64,000 bases of DNA from an uncultured bacterium. GTDB lineage: Bacteria > Patescibacteriota > Patescibacteriia > Patescibacteriales > UBA12465. Location: contig OW818634.1 of assembly GCA_942492765.1 (NCBI GenBank), positions 601,159 through 665,158 of the forward strand. Direction: 5' to 3'. The notes under the pieces were generated by a model. The model was given only the letters and a program-made list of their open reading frames with translations, ran no database searches and was not told the origin of the DNA. Of this stretch, positions 9,788 to 19,992 are shown in pieces. How positions within the stretch are numbered: the first letter of the stretch is position 1; every line of letters begins with the position of its first letter. The position numbers were made by a program, and so were the translations under genes.

Positions 9788-10102
9788 TTATTTTTTTTCT
9801 GACACCTCTCTCTTTTTGAATACTACGAAATATCCAAGTGTTCCACCGGAATAATCATCACTAGTCATAGAAACAAGTTCCAGATCTTGATTTTCCTTCA
9901 GAAAAAAAGAAAGAGTATTAGCGAATTCAGCCCGTGTGGAATTGAAATAGTAAACTCCGTTATTGTAGTTTATTATTTTTTTATTTGACTGTTCTGTCGT
10001 TGGGATGACATTCTCTTTTTCATATGCACTCTTGGTATTCGTGCATGATATAAAAGGTATGGTAGCAGAAACTAAAAATAAAAGAACAATTAATTTTTTC
10101 AT
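9788..10102 (-). CDS. Hypothetical lipoprotein
   Basis: Signal peptide with lipobox-like FISC. AT-rich 104-aa ORF with no recognised family. Confidence 0.5.
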   Translation of the reverse strand: MKKLIVLLFLVSATIPFISCTNTKSAYEKENVIPTTEQSNKKIINYNNGVYYFNSTRAEFANTLSFFLKENQDLELVSMTSDDYSGGTLGYFVVFKKREVSEKK

Positions 10103-10192
10103 GGCTAACTAATTTTTGGTTTACAATATTTTTGAAAAAATGTAATTCATAGTAATTTATCATAATATTTTAAAAATGTCAATAACATAACA

Positions 10193-10220
10193 AAAAAACT
10201 GCTAATATAAGCAGTTTTTT
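10193..10220. terminator. Hairpin terminator closing the 16S transcription unit (bidirectional form)
   Basis: aaaaaactgc-taatataa-gcagtttttt. Confidence 0.7.
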
Positions 10221-10245
10221 GTATAATCATGTTGAGATTTCGAGT

Positions 10246-10264
10246 CTAATTAGCATCAATTCAA
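10246..10264 (-). repeat. 3' strand of the pre-16S processing stem (pairs with 11908-11926)
   Basis: ctaattagcatcaattcaa is the exact reverse complement of ttgaattgatgctaattag at 11908-11926. The two copies bracket the 16S gene. Confidence 0.85.
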
Positions 10265-10350
10265 TTTGTCGCCTTGCGGCGACCACTCCGACATCATATC
10301 GGAGGCGACTAACTCTTCTTTCCACGTGGAAAAGAAGAATTGTTCTCCCT

Positions 10351-11836
<1,486 letters not shown>

Positions 11837-11907
11837 TGATTGACTCTAATTGAAAACTTGCGTTTTCGTATATGATTCCGTTTTAGAAACGGATAAAATT
11901 TTTTTTG

Positions 11908-11926
11908 TTGAATTGATGCTAATTAG
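11908..11926 (-). repeat. 5' strand of the pre-16S processing stem (pairs with 10246-10264)
   Basis: Perfect 19-nt complement to the 3' flank. This is the classic RNase III-type stem geometry around 16S. Confidence 0.85.
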
Positions 11927-11954
11927 CACCAAAATCTAAACCATCACCATGATT

Positions 11955-11995
11955 GTTTATTATACAGTTTTTAAGGTTCCGAAATAGACAGAAAA
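11955..11995 (-). promoter_or_regulatory. Candidate 16S promoter with extended -10 (TGTATAAT)
   Basis: The minus strand reads ..aaaactgTATAATaaac (plus 11959-11966 = attataca). The -35 is weak. A second TTGACA-N17-TAAAAT candidate lies further upstream, near 12052-12086 on the minus strand. Confidence 0.4.
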
Positions 11996-12184
11996 AAACA
12001 AAGATATAAAACATATCTTGTTTTTATTAAATATTCTGTTTTATTTTTAATAACCTTATTTTATACTAATTAAATATCGATGTCAAGCCCCGTGGTCTAT
12101 AACCCGTTTTTGTTTGACTTTTAGCGGATTTTGCGATATAAATATAGTATTAAATTTAGTTAAAAAGACGAATAAATAACACAC

Positions 12185-12739
12185 ATGCGTATTAAATTCC
12201 ATCGAGTTGAAAGAAAAGAGGTTCCGAGTTTTTCGGCTAATGCCCAGATTAAGGTGCCGGAAGTATTCGTGATTGATGAAAATAACGAAGCTTTGGGGAA
12301 AATGCCTACAGAAGAAGCTATCCAGAGGGCGCAGGAGGCCGGTTTTGACCTGGTAGAGGTTAATCCTAAGGCTAATCCCCCGGTAGTAAAGATCGTCAAT
12401 CTCGGTCAATTGAAATATGAACGGGAAAAGATGGCCCATAAGCAGAAAATGCAGCAAAAAAAGACAGAAACTAAGAATATTCGCCTATCTTTCAGGATTA
12501 GCGACCATGATTTAGATATGAGAGTCGCCCAGGCCGAAAAATTCCTGTCTAAGGATAATAAGCTTAAAGTCGAACTTATATTAAGAGGAAGAGAACGCCA
12601 ATACCCCCAGAAAGCCGCTGAAATAATTAGGGGGTTTGTTGCTAAGTTACAGGCAAAACCGGAACTTCCTGTGGAAATAGAACAACCCTTGACAAATCAG
12701 GGCGGAAGATTTACCATTATATTGATAAATAAAAAGTAA
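12185..12739 (+). CDS. infC: Translation initiation factor IF-3
   Basis: IKVPEVFVIDENNEALGKMPTEEAIQRAQEAGFDLVEV..PPVVKI and a C-domain KNIRLSFRISDHDLDMR. The exact start is uncertain; infC often uses atypical start codons. Confidence 0.9.
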   Translation: MRIKFHRVERKEVPSFSANAQIKVPEVFVIDENNEALGKMPTEEAIQRAQEAGFDLVEVNPKANPPVVKIVNLGQLKYEREKMAHKQKMQQKKTETKNIRLSFRISDHDLDMRVAQAEKFLSKDNKLKVELILRGRERQYPQKAAEIIRGFVAKLQAKPELPVEIEQPLTNQGGRFTIILINKK

Positions 12740-12785
12740 TAACCGTTAAATCAGGTATCTGCCTGTTTTTTTAATCTGGAAATAT

Positions 12786-12983
12786 ATGCCAAAAATCAAG
12801 ACCCACAAAGCGACTGTTAAACGCTTTAAGAGAACTGGAAAAGATAATCTGACTCAGCGCAAGCAGGGACAGGATCATTTTAACGCTCGTGAAACCGGAA
12901 ACACTACTCGCAGCAAGCGCAAAGACATCTCCGTCAATAGCTGCTTTGTAAAGACCGTTAAGACGTTAACCCCTTACAACTAG
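12786..12983 (+). CDS. rpmI: 50S ribosomal protein L35
   Basis: MPKIKTHKATVKRFKRTG; conserved infC-rpmI-rplT order. Confidence 0.95.
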   Translation: MPKIKTHKATVKRFKRTGKDNLTQRKQGQDHFNARETGNTTRSKRKDISVNSCFVKTVKTLTPYN

Positions 12984-13011
12984 ATCTTATTTATAATTTG
13001 TAATTGAACAT

Positions 13012-13359
13012 ATGCCTAGAGTAAAACGCGGAATGACCCATGTTAAGAAGAGACGCAAGCTGCATCAAGCAGTCAAAGGTTTCAAATGGGGACGCAAAAA
13101 TCTGATTAAAGTCGCTAAGACCGCTCTGACCAAAGCTGGCGCTCATGCTTATGTTGACCGCCGCAAGAAAAAGAGAGATATGCGCGGCTTATGGCAGATC
13201 AAGATCAACGCTTTCGTTCGTGAGCACGACCTTTCTTATTCTAGATTCATCGGCTTATTGAAAGAGAATAAGATTGAAGTCGATCGCAAGATATTAGCCG
13301 ACTTAGCAGTCAACAATAAGGAAGCCTTAGCGGCCTTGATCGCTAGAATAAAGAAATAA
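13012..13359 (+). CDS. rplT: 50S ribosomal protein L20
   Basis: MPRVKRG...HVKKRRK..KGF.G.R; operon context. Confidence 0.95.
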   Translation: MPRVKRGMTHVKKRRKLHQAVKGFKWGRKNLIKVAKTALTKAGAHAYVDRRKKKRDMRGLWQIKINAFVREHDLSYSRFIGLLKENKIEVDRKILADLAVNNKEALAALIARIKK

Positions 13360-13360
13360 T

Positions 13361-13576
13361 ATGATGTTCGGGATAAAAATAGCCCAAATCGTCGTCTCTA
13401 TATTACTGATGGTCGCCATCCTATTGCAGAATAGAGGCACTGGCCTAGGTGGAGTCTTCGGAGGTACTGGCGGAGTTTATATGACGAAAAGGGGCTTAGA
13501 GAAAAAACTTTTTATTGCGACTATAGTCTTAGCCGCTATCTTCATACTCTTATCATTAGGCGTCTTTATCTTATAG
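13361..13576 (+). CDS. secG: Preprotein translocase subunit SecG
   Basis: 71 aa with two TM helices and the LLQNRGTGLGGVFGG motif. Confidence 0.8.
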   Translation: MMFGIKIAQIVVSILLMVAILLQNRGTGLGGVFGGTGGVYMTKRGLEKKLFIATIVLAAIFILLSLGVFIL

Positions 13577-13589
13577 AAACATAAGATTT

Positions 13590-15368
13590 GTGGATTCATT
13601 CAAAAATAAAATCACATCGAACTTCCGGCGGGCAAGGGCGACCTGGTCTTTTTTTGGTTTTCTGAAAAAAAATCCGATTACCCAAGAAGAACTGGACAGG
13701 AAACTAGTCTATTCCCTGTCGCCACGCAAGATTCCGACTAGCGATCAGATAAAGCATATCAATAAATTCCTCAATCCGCGCGAATTCTTGATAGTGAAAA
13801 TCTGCGCTTTAGTCATATTAGCGAATGCGATTTATCTGGGCGTGTCCTTTATTAAGAAGCACCTGGCCTATCTGCCTGCCAGTGGCGGCGAATATGTCGA
13901 GGGAGTCGTCGGTTATCCGAAGGCGATCAATCCCCTATATGCTGTCAATCGCGATATCGATAGCGATCTAGCGCGCTTGATTTATTCAAGCTTGTTCAAA
14001 TATGATCAAGATGGAAATTTGAGCGCTGATCTGACTGAAACTGTCGCGGTCAGCGACGATGGCAAGGAATATACTATCAAGATAAAGAGCGGAGTTAAAT
14101 GGCATAATGGCGCTGACCTGACGAGCGACGATGTCCTCTTTACCTTCGGGCTTATCAAGGAGCCGGTCTATCGGTCTCCGCTTCGTCCCGCCTTGGCCAA
14201 TGTAAATGCCGAAAAGGTTGATGATCATACGATAAAATTTTCCTTGTCCGACGCTTATGCCCCTTTCAAGGAAATGTTGACTTTCGGGATCTTGCCGAAG
14301 AATCTTTGGGAAAGCATCAATCCGGATTCGGCCGCCTTGGCAGATTTGAATATGAAACCGGTCGGTTCTGGTCCGTACCAGTTTACATCTTTGATTAAGA
14401 ACAAGAATGGCGAACTGAAAGAATATCGCTTAACGGCTAATGAAGCTTATTATGGCCAGAAGCCATATGTAAAGGACATAACTTTTAAATTTTTTGTCGA
14501 TTATTCAGAAGCTATCAAAGCTCTTAATGATAATCAGGTGGCAGGTTTGAATTATGTTCCCTTTGCCGATCGCAAAGAATTACTAGCGCAGGATTCTCTA
14601 AATTTTCATGAATTGATCCAGCCCCAGATAGTGTCCTTATTTTTCAACCGTGATAAGAATAAGACTTTGTCCGACAAGGAGGTGCGCCAGGCGCTCGCCT
14701 TCGCACTGGATAAGAACGGTCTCATCAATGACGTTTTTGGCGGAGTATATAAGCGAGCAGACGGTCCGATCTTGTCAGGAAATTTCGCCTACAATGAAGC
14801 TATAACTAAATACAGTTATTCCCCGGAAGCGGCTGCAGCGACTCTCAAGAATAAGCCGTTGACTGCGGTCTTGACTGTCGTTGACTCCGGATTTAACGCT
14901 GTTGTCGCTGAAAAGATCAAAGCCTATTGGGAAAAGGCCGGAGTCAAGATTACGATCAGGGCGGTTTCCGGAGAGCAGGCGATTAATATCGTTAAAGAGC
15001 GCGATTTCGAGATTCTGCTGTATGGCCAATCTGTCGGCGGCGATCCTGATGTCTACGCTTTCTGGCACTCCAGCCAGATCGGAGCTAAGGGTTTGAATCT
15101 GGCCGCCTATAATAACGCGGAAGTTGACAGGCTGCTCGTAGAAGGCAGGATCATCACTGACGCTCAGGAGCGCATCAACAGATATAAGAAATTTCAAGAG
15201 ATCATAACTAATGACCTGCCGGTCATCTTCCTTTATTCCCCGACATATACTTATGTCCAGGAGCATCAGCTCAAGGGTTTTACCGGCACGGCTATCATCG
15301 AGCCAGCCGACCGCTTCAATGGCGTCAGCAGCTGGTATCTGAAAACTGACAAAAAGATAAATTGGTAA
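13590..15368 (+). CDS. ABC transporter substrate-binding protein, family 5 (peptide/nickel type), membrane-anchored
   Basis: GTG start and an N-terminal TM. SBP_bac_5-like core (YTIKIKSGVKWHNG..LTSDDV, GSGPYQF). No adjacent permease or ATPase genes. Confidence 0.75.
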   Translation: MDSFKNKITSNFRRARATWSFFGFLKKNPITQEELDRKLVYSLSPRKIPTSDQIKHINKFLNPREFLIVKICALVILANAIYLGVSFIKKHLAYLPASGGEYVEGVVGYPKAINPLYAVNRDIDSDLARLIYSSLFKYDQDGNLSADLTETVAVSDDGKEYTIKIKSGVKWHNGADLTSDDVLFTFGLIKEPVYRSPLRPALANVNAEKVDDHTIKFSLSDAYAPFKEMLTFGILPKNLWESINPDSAALADLNMKPVGSGPYQFTSLIKNKNGELKEYRLTANEAYYGQKPYVKDITFKFFVDYSEAIKALNDNQVAGLNYVPFADRKELLAQDSLNFHELIQPQIVSLFFNRDKNKTLSDKEVRQALAFALDKNGLINDVFGGVYKRADGPILSGNFAYNEAITKYSYSPEAAAATLKNKPLTAVLTVVDSGFNAVVAEKIKAYWEKAGVKITIRAVSGEQAINIVKERDFEILLYGQSVGGDPDVYAFWHSSQIGAKGLNLAAYNNAEVDRLLVEGRIITDAQERINRYKKFQEIITNDLPVIFLYSPTYTYVQEHQLKGFTGTAIIEPADRFNGVSSWYLKTDKKINW

Positions 15369-15434
15369 GCACTTCTTCGAGATAGCTTCCATCCTAGACT
15401 TATTAAGGGGCTTAGTTCCCCACCTCAATTAAAT

Positions 15435-17387
15435 ATGAATTTTAAAAAAACTTCGCCGGCAAATGATGCCGGCTCGTATGGCGTTCGCGCCAGATCAGGC
15501 CAAGCGCCAGCGCCCCGAGCCCCTTTTAAGGCTAGGCTAGCGGCTCAGCTGCCTCTGCATCGTCCGACTTTCTCGCCTTCTCAGCGGTCCGTTGCCCAAG
15601 CTCAGCCTAGAAATAATTTTCAAGCTCAGCCTAAGGCTAATATTTCCGCTCCAGCCAGGCCGTCTTTTACGCTTCGGCCTAAAGTGGCCGCCCCTATCCA
15701 AATCAGGACGGCGGGCAGCGAATCCAGCTTCAAGATTTATCCGCTCGGCGGTCAAGAAGAAGTCGGCCGTAATTGCACCGTTTTCGAATATGATAACGAT
15801 ATCATTATTCTCGATATGGGCTTGCAGTTCCCCGAGGAAGACATGCCGGGTATCGATTATATTATTCCTAATGTCTCCTGCTTGCAGGGGAAGGAGAAGA
15901 ATATTCGCGGCGTAATCTTCAGTCATGGCCATCTCGATCATATCGGCGCAGCCCCTATCCTTCTGGAGCAATTAGGTAATCCGCCTATCGTCGGCATGAA
16001 ATTGACGCTCGCTATGATTAAGCATCGTCAGGAAGATTATAAGCGCGGCACGACCAAGAATTTGAAGACGATCTTGATAAACTCTGTTAATCAGAAATTA
16101 TCTTTAGGAAAATTTCAGATCAGCTTCTTCCAGGTTGAACATTCGGTCATTGATGCCGTCGGCGTCATTATCAGCACTCCCCATGGCACGGTTATTCATC
16201 CTGGCGATTGGACTATGGAAAGCGATCCGATGGAAGGACCAGTCGTCGGTTATACGCACTTGGCGCAATTGCCGTCTCCGAGAATCTTGATGCTGGAAAG
16301 CCTTGGCGTTTCATACCCGGCCGAAAGAGTGCCGGTCAAAGTGACGCTCAATAATCTAGAGAAGCTCATCAACGAGGCGAAGGGGCGCGTTATTATCGGC
16401 ACCTTCTCTTCCCAGCTGGAACGCATCACGCAACTCTTGGCCTATGCCGAGAAGATAGGCAAGAAAGTCGCGCTCGATGGCTATAGCATGAAAATGAACG
16501 TGCGCATCTCGCAGGAACTCGGCTATATTCCGGCTCATAAGAATACTCTTATCCCAGTAGAAGATATCAGCAAGTATCCTGATAACAGGATCGTGGTTAT
16601 CTGTACGGGCGCCCAAGGAGAGTCAAATGCCGTCTTTTCCCGCATCGTGAACGGCAACCACCGTTATCTGTCCATTCAGAAATCAGATGTAGTAGTATTT
16701 TCTTCATCGGTAATTCCTGGAAACGAGCGGTCTGTCCAAAGAGTTAAGGATCAGGTATATCGCCTGAGCGATAATGTCATCCATAGCAGCATCATGGATA
16801 TCCATTCCGGCGGGCATGCTAATGCCGAAGATATTAAGAATATCTTGAAGCAGATCAGGCCAGATTATTTCCTTCCGGTTTACGCCAATCATTACATGTT
16901 GGTCGAAGCTAAGAAATTAGCTTTGCGCGAAGGTTTTCATGAAGACCAGATATCTGTTTTAGACAACGGCAGCGTTATCAAATTCCAAAGAGGGCGCAAG
17001 CCGCTTGTCCTTAAAGAAAAGATGAATACTGATTATGTCATGGTCGATGGTCTCGGCGTCGGCGACGTTTCTGAGATCGTTCTCCGCGACCGCCGCATGA
17101 TGGCTGATGATGGCATGATTGTCGTCATCGCGACTATCGACGCTAAGACCGGGGCGATTATCGGTAATCCCGACCTGATTTCTCGCGGCTTTGTCCATAT
17201 GAAGGAGAACCGTGACCTGATTGAGAAGACTAGGGCGAAAGTTAAGAAGATAGTCAAAGATAAGAACCCGATGACTGCGGCTGATGATGATTATATTAAG
17301 AATAAGATTAGGAACGAAATCGGCCAATTCTTATTTATTACCACCAAGCGCCGCCCCATGGTCCTGCCTGTGATCATCAAGGTTTAA
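15435..17387 (+). CDS. rnj: Ribonuclease J with an N-terminal P/A/Q/R-rich extension of about 100 aa
   Basis: Metallo-beta-lactamase/beta-CASP core: KIYPLGGQEEVGRNC, HGHLDHIG, and a GDW-type motif. The canonical N-terminus begins near residue 100. Confidence 0.9.
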   Translation: MNFKKTSPANDAGSYGVRARSGQAPAPRAPFKARLAAQLPLHRPTFSPSQRSVAQAQPRNNFQAQPKANISAPARPSFTLRPKVAAPIQIRTAGSESSFKIYPLGGQEEVGRNCTVFEYDNDIIILDMGLQFPEEDMPGIDYIIPNVSCLQGKEKNIRGVIFSHGHLDHIGAAPILLEQLGNPPIVGMKLTLAMIKHRQEDYKRGTTKNLKTILINSVNQKLSLGKFQISFFQVEHSVIDAVGVIISTPHGTVIHPGDWTMESDPMEGPVVGYTHLAQLPSPRILMLESLGVSYPAERVPVKVTLNNLEKLINEAKGRVIIGTFSSQLERITQLLAYAEKIGKKVALDGYSMKMNVRISQELGYIPAHKNTLIPVEDISKYPDNRIVVICTGAQGESNAVFSRIVNGNHRYLSIQKSDVVVFSSSVIPGNERSVQRVKDQVYRLSDNVIHSSIMDIHSGGHANAEDIKNILKQIRPDYFLPVYANHYMLVEAKKLALREGFHEDQISVLDNGSVIKFQRGRKPLVLKEKMNTDYVMVDGLGVGDVSEIVLRDRRMMADDGMIVVIATIDAKTGAIIGNPDLISRGFVHMKENRDLIEKTRAKVKKIVKDKNPMTAADDDYIKNKIRNEIGQFLFITTKRRPMVLPVIIKV

Positions 17388-17410
17388 TTATAATTAGCTA
17401 ATATTAAATA

Positions 17411-17441
17411 AAAAAGCCCAAGAATATACTTGGGCTTTTTT
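17411..17441 (+). terminator. Intrinsic terminator after rnj
   Basis: aaaaagcccaag-aatatac-ttgggcttttt. Confidence 0.85.
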
Positions 17442-17465
17442 GTGGTTAAAGTGTGGATAAAAGTA

Positions 17466-17494
17466 TTGACAGCGCCTTTGTTATATGATATAGT
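17466..17494 (+). promoter_or_regulatory. Near-consensus sigma70-type promoter (TTGACA-17 nt-TATAGT) driving the candidate small RNA
   Basis: -35 ttgaca at 17466-17471 and -10 tatagt at 17489-17494, with exactly 17 nt between them. Confidence 0.65.
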
Positions 17495-17499
17495 AATAA

Positions 17500-17650
17500 G
17501 TCGCTTAAAAAGACAATATTTAGAAAAGACCGCTTTAAACGGGTCAGGCACGACAAGCATGGGGATTTTCTTGTTAGGATTTTTCCGGCTTTACGCTCGA
17601 AAGTGCCTAAAAGAAATTTTCTTGCCTACCCGTTTAAGTCGGTCTTTTTT
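17500..17650 (+). ncRNA. Candidate structured small RNA of unknown class (about 150 nt)
   Basis: It has its own promoter. AAAAGACCGCUUUAAACGGGU pairs with ACCCGUUUAAGUCGGUCUUUU (19 of 21 bp) and encloses about 85 nt that contain AGGCAC/GUGCCU and other sub-helices. The element ends in a U-run. The overlapping 77-aa ORF has no RBS and a low-complexity composition. Confidence 0.5.
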
Positions 17651-17651
17651 A

Positions 17652-18389
17652 TTACTCGAATAACCGGTCCTTCCCTACTATTATATTGACTCGATCGCGC
17701 AAGATGCCGATCTCAGCTGGAGTACTTATCTCAACGGCGCTATCGACAATCAATTTTTCATCTGGATTGGAAATTTTGAAACTGGTGGCGTTAAGATAGG
17801 TCCGGTCCTTCTTCTTGGTATCGATGACTATGTCGAGCAAGCCGTCATGCGGGTTTGATCTGATGTCCTCATTTTTATCTTTTAAGAGATTGATTATCTT
17901 GATTTCTCCTTTCTCCATCGTCTCTATGGAGTAATCCCCTATCTCTATCGTCGTTCCCATGCTCTGGATAGAAGCTTCATTAAGGAAATAGTGGCTGCCG
18001 GCTAGGCCGAGGTCTATCTTTTCGACGCGCCGCGCTAATAGTATATTGCAAGCATCCTCAGGATTCTTAATGCCGAAAGATGTGGCGATGGTATTATCTT
18101 CGCCTATCGGGATTATTCCCAGGAGAGTTTTTTTCTGAAAATCTCCGTAGACATCGTCATCAATGATGGCTCCGATTATCCGATTGACCGTTTGGTTATT
18201 GCCGACGGCGACTATCGTTTTCGCGCCCATCCTGATTTCGTTTTGGATCGCTGCCTTGATATTCTTTATCCCTGCCAGCCTTAGTATCTTTCCGTTCAAA
18301 CCTAAATCAGTCAGCCGGATTTCCATCCGGTTGATTATCCTATTATATTTGCTTTTATTGAGATAATCGTCGTAAACGTAAACATGCAT
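17652..18389 (-). CDS. Diacylglycerol/lipid kinase catalytic-domain family protein (YegS-like, divergent)
   Basis: The N-terminal pattern resembles the DAGK_cat fold: an IVAVGNNQT segment where GGDGT normally sits, then IPIGEDN. Short (245 aa) and divergent. Confidence 0.4.
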   Translation of the reverse strand: MHVYVYDDYLNKSKYNRIINRMEIRLTDLGLNGKILRLAGIKNIKAAIQNEIRMGAKTIVAVGNNQTVNRIIGAIIDDDVYGDFQKKTLLGIIPIGEDNTIATSFGIKNPEDACNILLARRVEKIDLGLAGSHYFLNEASIQSMGTTIEIGDYSIETMEKGEIKIINLLKDKNEDIRSNPHDGLLDIVIDTKKKDRTYLNATSFKISNPDEKLIVDSAVEISTPAEIGILRDRVNIIVGKDRLFE

Positions 18390-18407
18390 AATGTTTTTCT
18401 TGCCGGG

Positions 18408-18815
18408 CTATTTCTCTGACGGGGTTTCTGCCTCTTCTTTGATCTTCTCGCTGCGCTTGTGTTCCTCGGATAACATTATCAGCTGTCCGTTTATTGACGC
18501 TCCTTTGTCTATGGAGATCTCTTCATATTGGATATCGCCGAAGATCTTGGCGGTTTCTCCGATAGAAAGATATCCCTTGGCCTTGATGTTGCCGCGGACT
18601 TCTCCGTTTATGACTGCTCCTTTAGACTCGATGCTGGCCACTACCTTAGCTTGATGCCCGATAAACACGTCTGAAGCAGTTTTCAAAGAGCCCTCTAGGG
18701 ATCCTTCGATAATGATATTTCCCTGCCCTTGGAAATTTCCTTTTACCTTGATAGATGCGCCGATGATAGTTTCGGCGTCTTTAAATTTTTCCGACTTATT
18801 GTCTTTGCTAAACAT
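18408..18815 (-). CDS. Bactofilin family cytoskeletal protein
   Basis: Repetitive beta-helix pattern IKVKGNFQGQGNIIIEGSLEGSL...VINGEVRGNIKAKGYLSIGETAKIFGDI, typical of DUF583/bactofilin. Confidence 0.8.
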   Translation of the reverse strand: MFSKDNKSEKFKDAETIIGASIKVKGNFQGQGNIIIEGSLEGSLKTASDVFIGHQAKVVASIESKGAVINGEVRGNIKAKGYLSIGETAKIFGDIQYEEISIDKGASINGQLIMLSEEHKRSEKIKEEAETPSEK

Positions 18816-18967
18816 ATTATTTATGTTAAGTAAAAAATAAATGTAATCCTATGCTTATTGTAATTTAATGCCCCCTCTTTGTCAAAGAAATTCTCTTTTT
18901 GTCAAAAAAGATATTCTTTTAATTGTAAAAACAAAATTATTGTTATAGAATAAAAACGTATTAATAA

Positions 18968-19039
18968 GTCCTTGTAGTTCAATGGATAGAACGAGAATCT
19001 CCTAAGTTCTAAATCCCGGTTCGACTCCGGGCGAGGACA
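18968..19039 (+). tRNA. tRNA-Arg (anticodon CCT)
   Basis: Acceptor GTCCTTG/CGAGGAC, anticodon stem AGAAT/GTTCT, loop CTCCTAA, T-loop TTCGACT. Trailer CAT. Confidence 0.9.
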
Positions 19040-19093
19040 CATTTTTTATTTAATGTTAGCTAAATAATTAATAAAATTAAGGTATTTTTCTTT

Positions 19094-19117
19094 AGAATGT
19101 TCCTTGAGGAACATTCT
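19094..19117. repeat. Perfect 24-nt palindrome agaatgttcc-ttga-ggaacattct (family copy 1)
   Basis: Read directly. With its flank (19088-19115) it is the 28-nt inverted repeat of 19955-19982. Confidence 0.95.
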
Positions 19118-19187
19118 ACCCTCCCCCGTTTCTTTAGAGTCCCTGTATAATAGATATTTGTAACTTAACAACTAAAACATAGAAGCC

Positions 19188-19784
19188 ATGGAAAACTTAG
19201 CATTGTTTGTATTGTTATTTGATCCAGAAGACTTTAAAAGTCTTTTGAGGAATTGCCACCCTGCTGATCTTTTAGACAATCCGCAGCGCTTCAAACTTAT
19301 TGTAGAAACAAGAAGAGGCGTTAGAAAAATTTATTTTCAAGATATCTATCGCATCTCAGAAGAGAGAGGCAAGGTGAGTGTCCACTATCGAATTAGAAAT
19401 AAGGATACCGGAAAAGCAAGTTATTATCAGATTAAGGATATCGATCAAGTTTTCTTGAAATTTTTTTTCTTACCATTCCTAGAACATGAGATTTTTTGCA
19501 AGAAAGTCGCTATGATTGTCGGAATAATTTGTCTAGGATTGAAAGATTCGGAAAATAGGCTAGGAAAAGCTTTCGAATCTTTTAAATATTTTGATAGTTT
19601 GAAGACCGAATGTGTAAAAAAACAGGATTTTGAGGAGGCCGTGAAATATAGAGAAAAATCGATCATTGCCGTTGACCCAATCAGGGAGTATATAAAAGAA
19701 AGGCTGGGGCATGGTTATGATGAGGTTATGGATTATGTTCTTAAAAATCATGGCGAGCTCATGAAAATATCAGAAGTAGCTTAG
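19188..19784 (+). CDS. Hypothetical protein (AT-rich ORFan bracketed by the palindrome family)
   Basis: 198 aa. The N-terminal half (KLIVETRRGVRKIYFQDIYRISEERGKVSVHY) faintly resembles a LytTR-type DNA-binding pattern. The C-terminal part has a UVR-like KKQDFEEAVKYREK. Both resemblances are weak. Confidence 0.45.
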   Translation: MENLALFVLLFDPEDFKSLLRNCHPADLLDNPQRFKLIVETRRGVRKIYFQDIYRISEERGKVSVHYRIRNKDTGKASYYQIKDIDQVFLKFFFLPFLEHEIFCKKVAMIVGIICLGLKDSENRLGKAFESFKYFDSLKTECVKKQDFEEAVKYREKSIIAVDPIREYIKERLGHGYDEVMDYVLKNHGELMKISEVA

Positions 19785-19800
19785 TTTGTAGTAAATTTAT

Positions 19801-19830
19801 AAAAGGCCTGGATTAATTCGGGCCTTTTTT
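19801..19830 (+). terminator. Intrinsic terminator after the ORFan
   Basis: aaaaggcc-tggattaattcg-ggcctttttt. Confidence 0.7.
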
Positions 19831-19924
19831 ATTAAATTGATTTTTTCCTCATATTTTACCTTCTTGACTTTTATTTATAATCTAGTATTATATAAATATT
19901 GCCCATTTTTTAATGTTTTTGGAT

Positions 19925-19946
19925 AATTGTTCCTTGAGGAACAATT
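19925..19946. repeat. Perfect 22-nt palindrome aattgttcc-ttga-ggaacaatt (family copy 2)
   Basis: Read directly. Confidence 0.95.
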
Positions 19947-19954
19947 TTAGGAAA

Positions 19955-19974
19955 AATGTTCCTCAAGGAACATT
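19955..19974. repeat. Perfect 20-nt palindrome aatgttcc-tcaa-ggaacatt (family copy 3)
   Basis: Read directly. 19955-19982 is the reverse complement of 19088-19115. Confidence 0.95.
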
Positions 19975-19992
19975 CTAAAGAATATTTAAAAT

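Noticed and set aside
10102-10350. Expected 23S, 5S or spacer tRNAs downstream of the 16S.
   Set aside because: No rRNA- or tRNA-like sequence is present. The spacer holds only short hairpins, the processing-stem strand and a terminator, followed by a lipoprotein CDS.
11995-12025. Hairpin with flanking A and T runs (aaacaaagatat-aaaac-atatcttgttttt) as a terminator inside the rRNA leader region.
   Set aside because: It lies upstream of the better 16S promoter candidate (extended -10 at 11959-11966). It more likely insulates the divergent infC and 16S units, so it is not treated as a separate finding.
12083-12457. Minus-strand ORFs 12083-12457 and 12160-12399.
   Set aside because: They are antisense shadows of infC, whose IF-3 homology is unambiguous on the plus strand.
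17500-17650. Identity of the candidate sRNA as SRP (4.5S) RNA, because of GGGUCAGG.
   Set aside because: After GUCAGG there is no closing helix or GNAR tetraloop, and the AGCA strand cannot be paired as in helix 8. The resemblance is limited to a heptamer. It still deserves a covariance-model test.
17430-17663. 77-aa plus-strand ORF in the rnj-downstream spacer.
   Set aside because: It starts inside the rnj terminator and has no RBS. Its translation is low-complexity, and the region is better explained by a promoter plus a structured RNA ending in a terminator.
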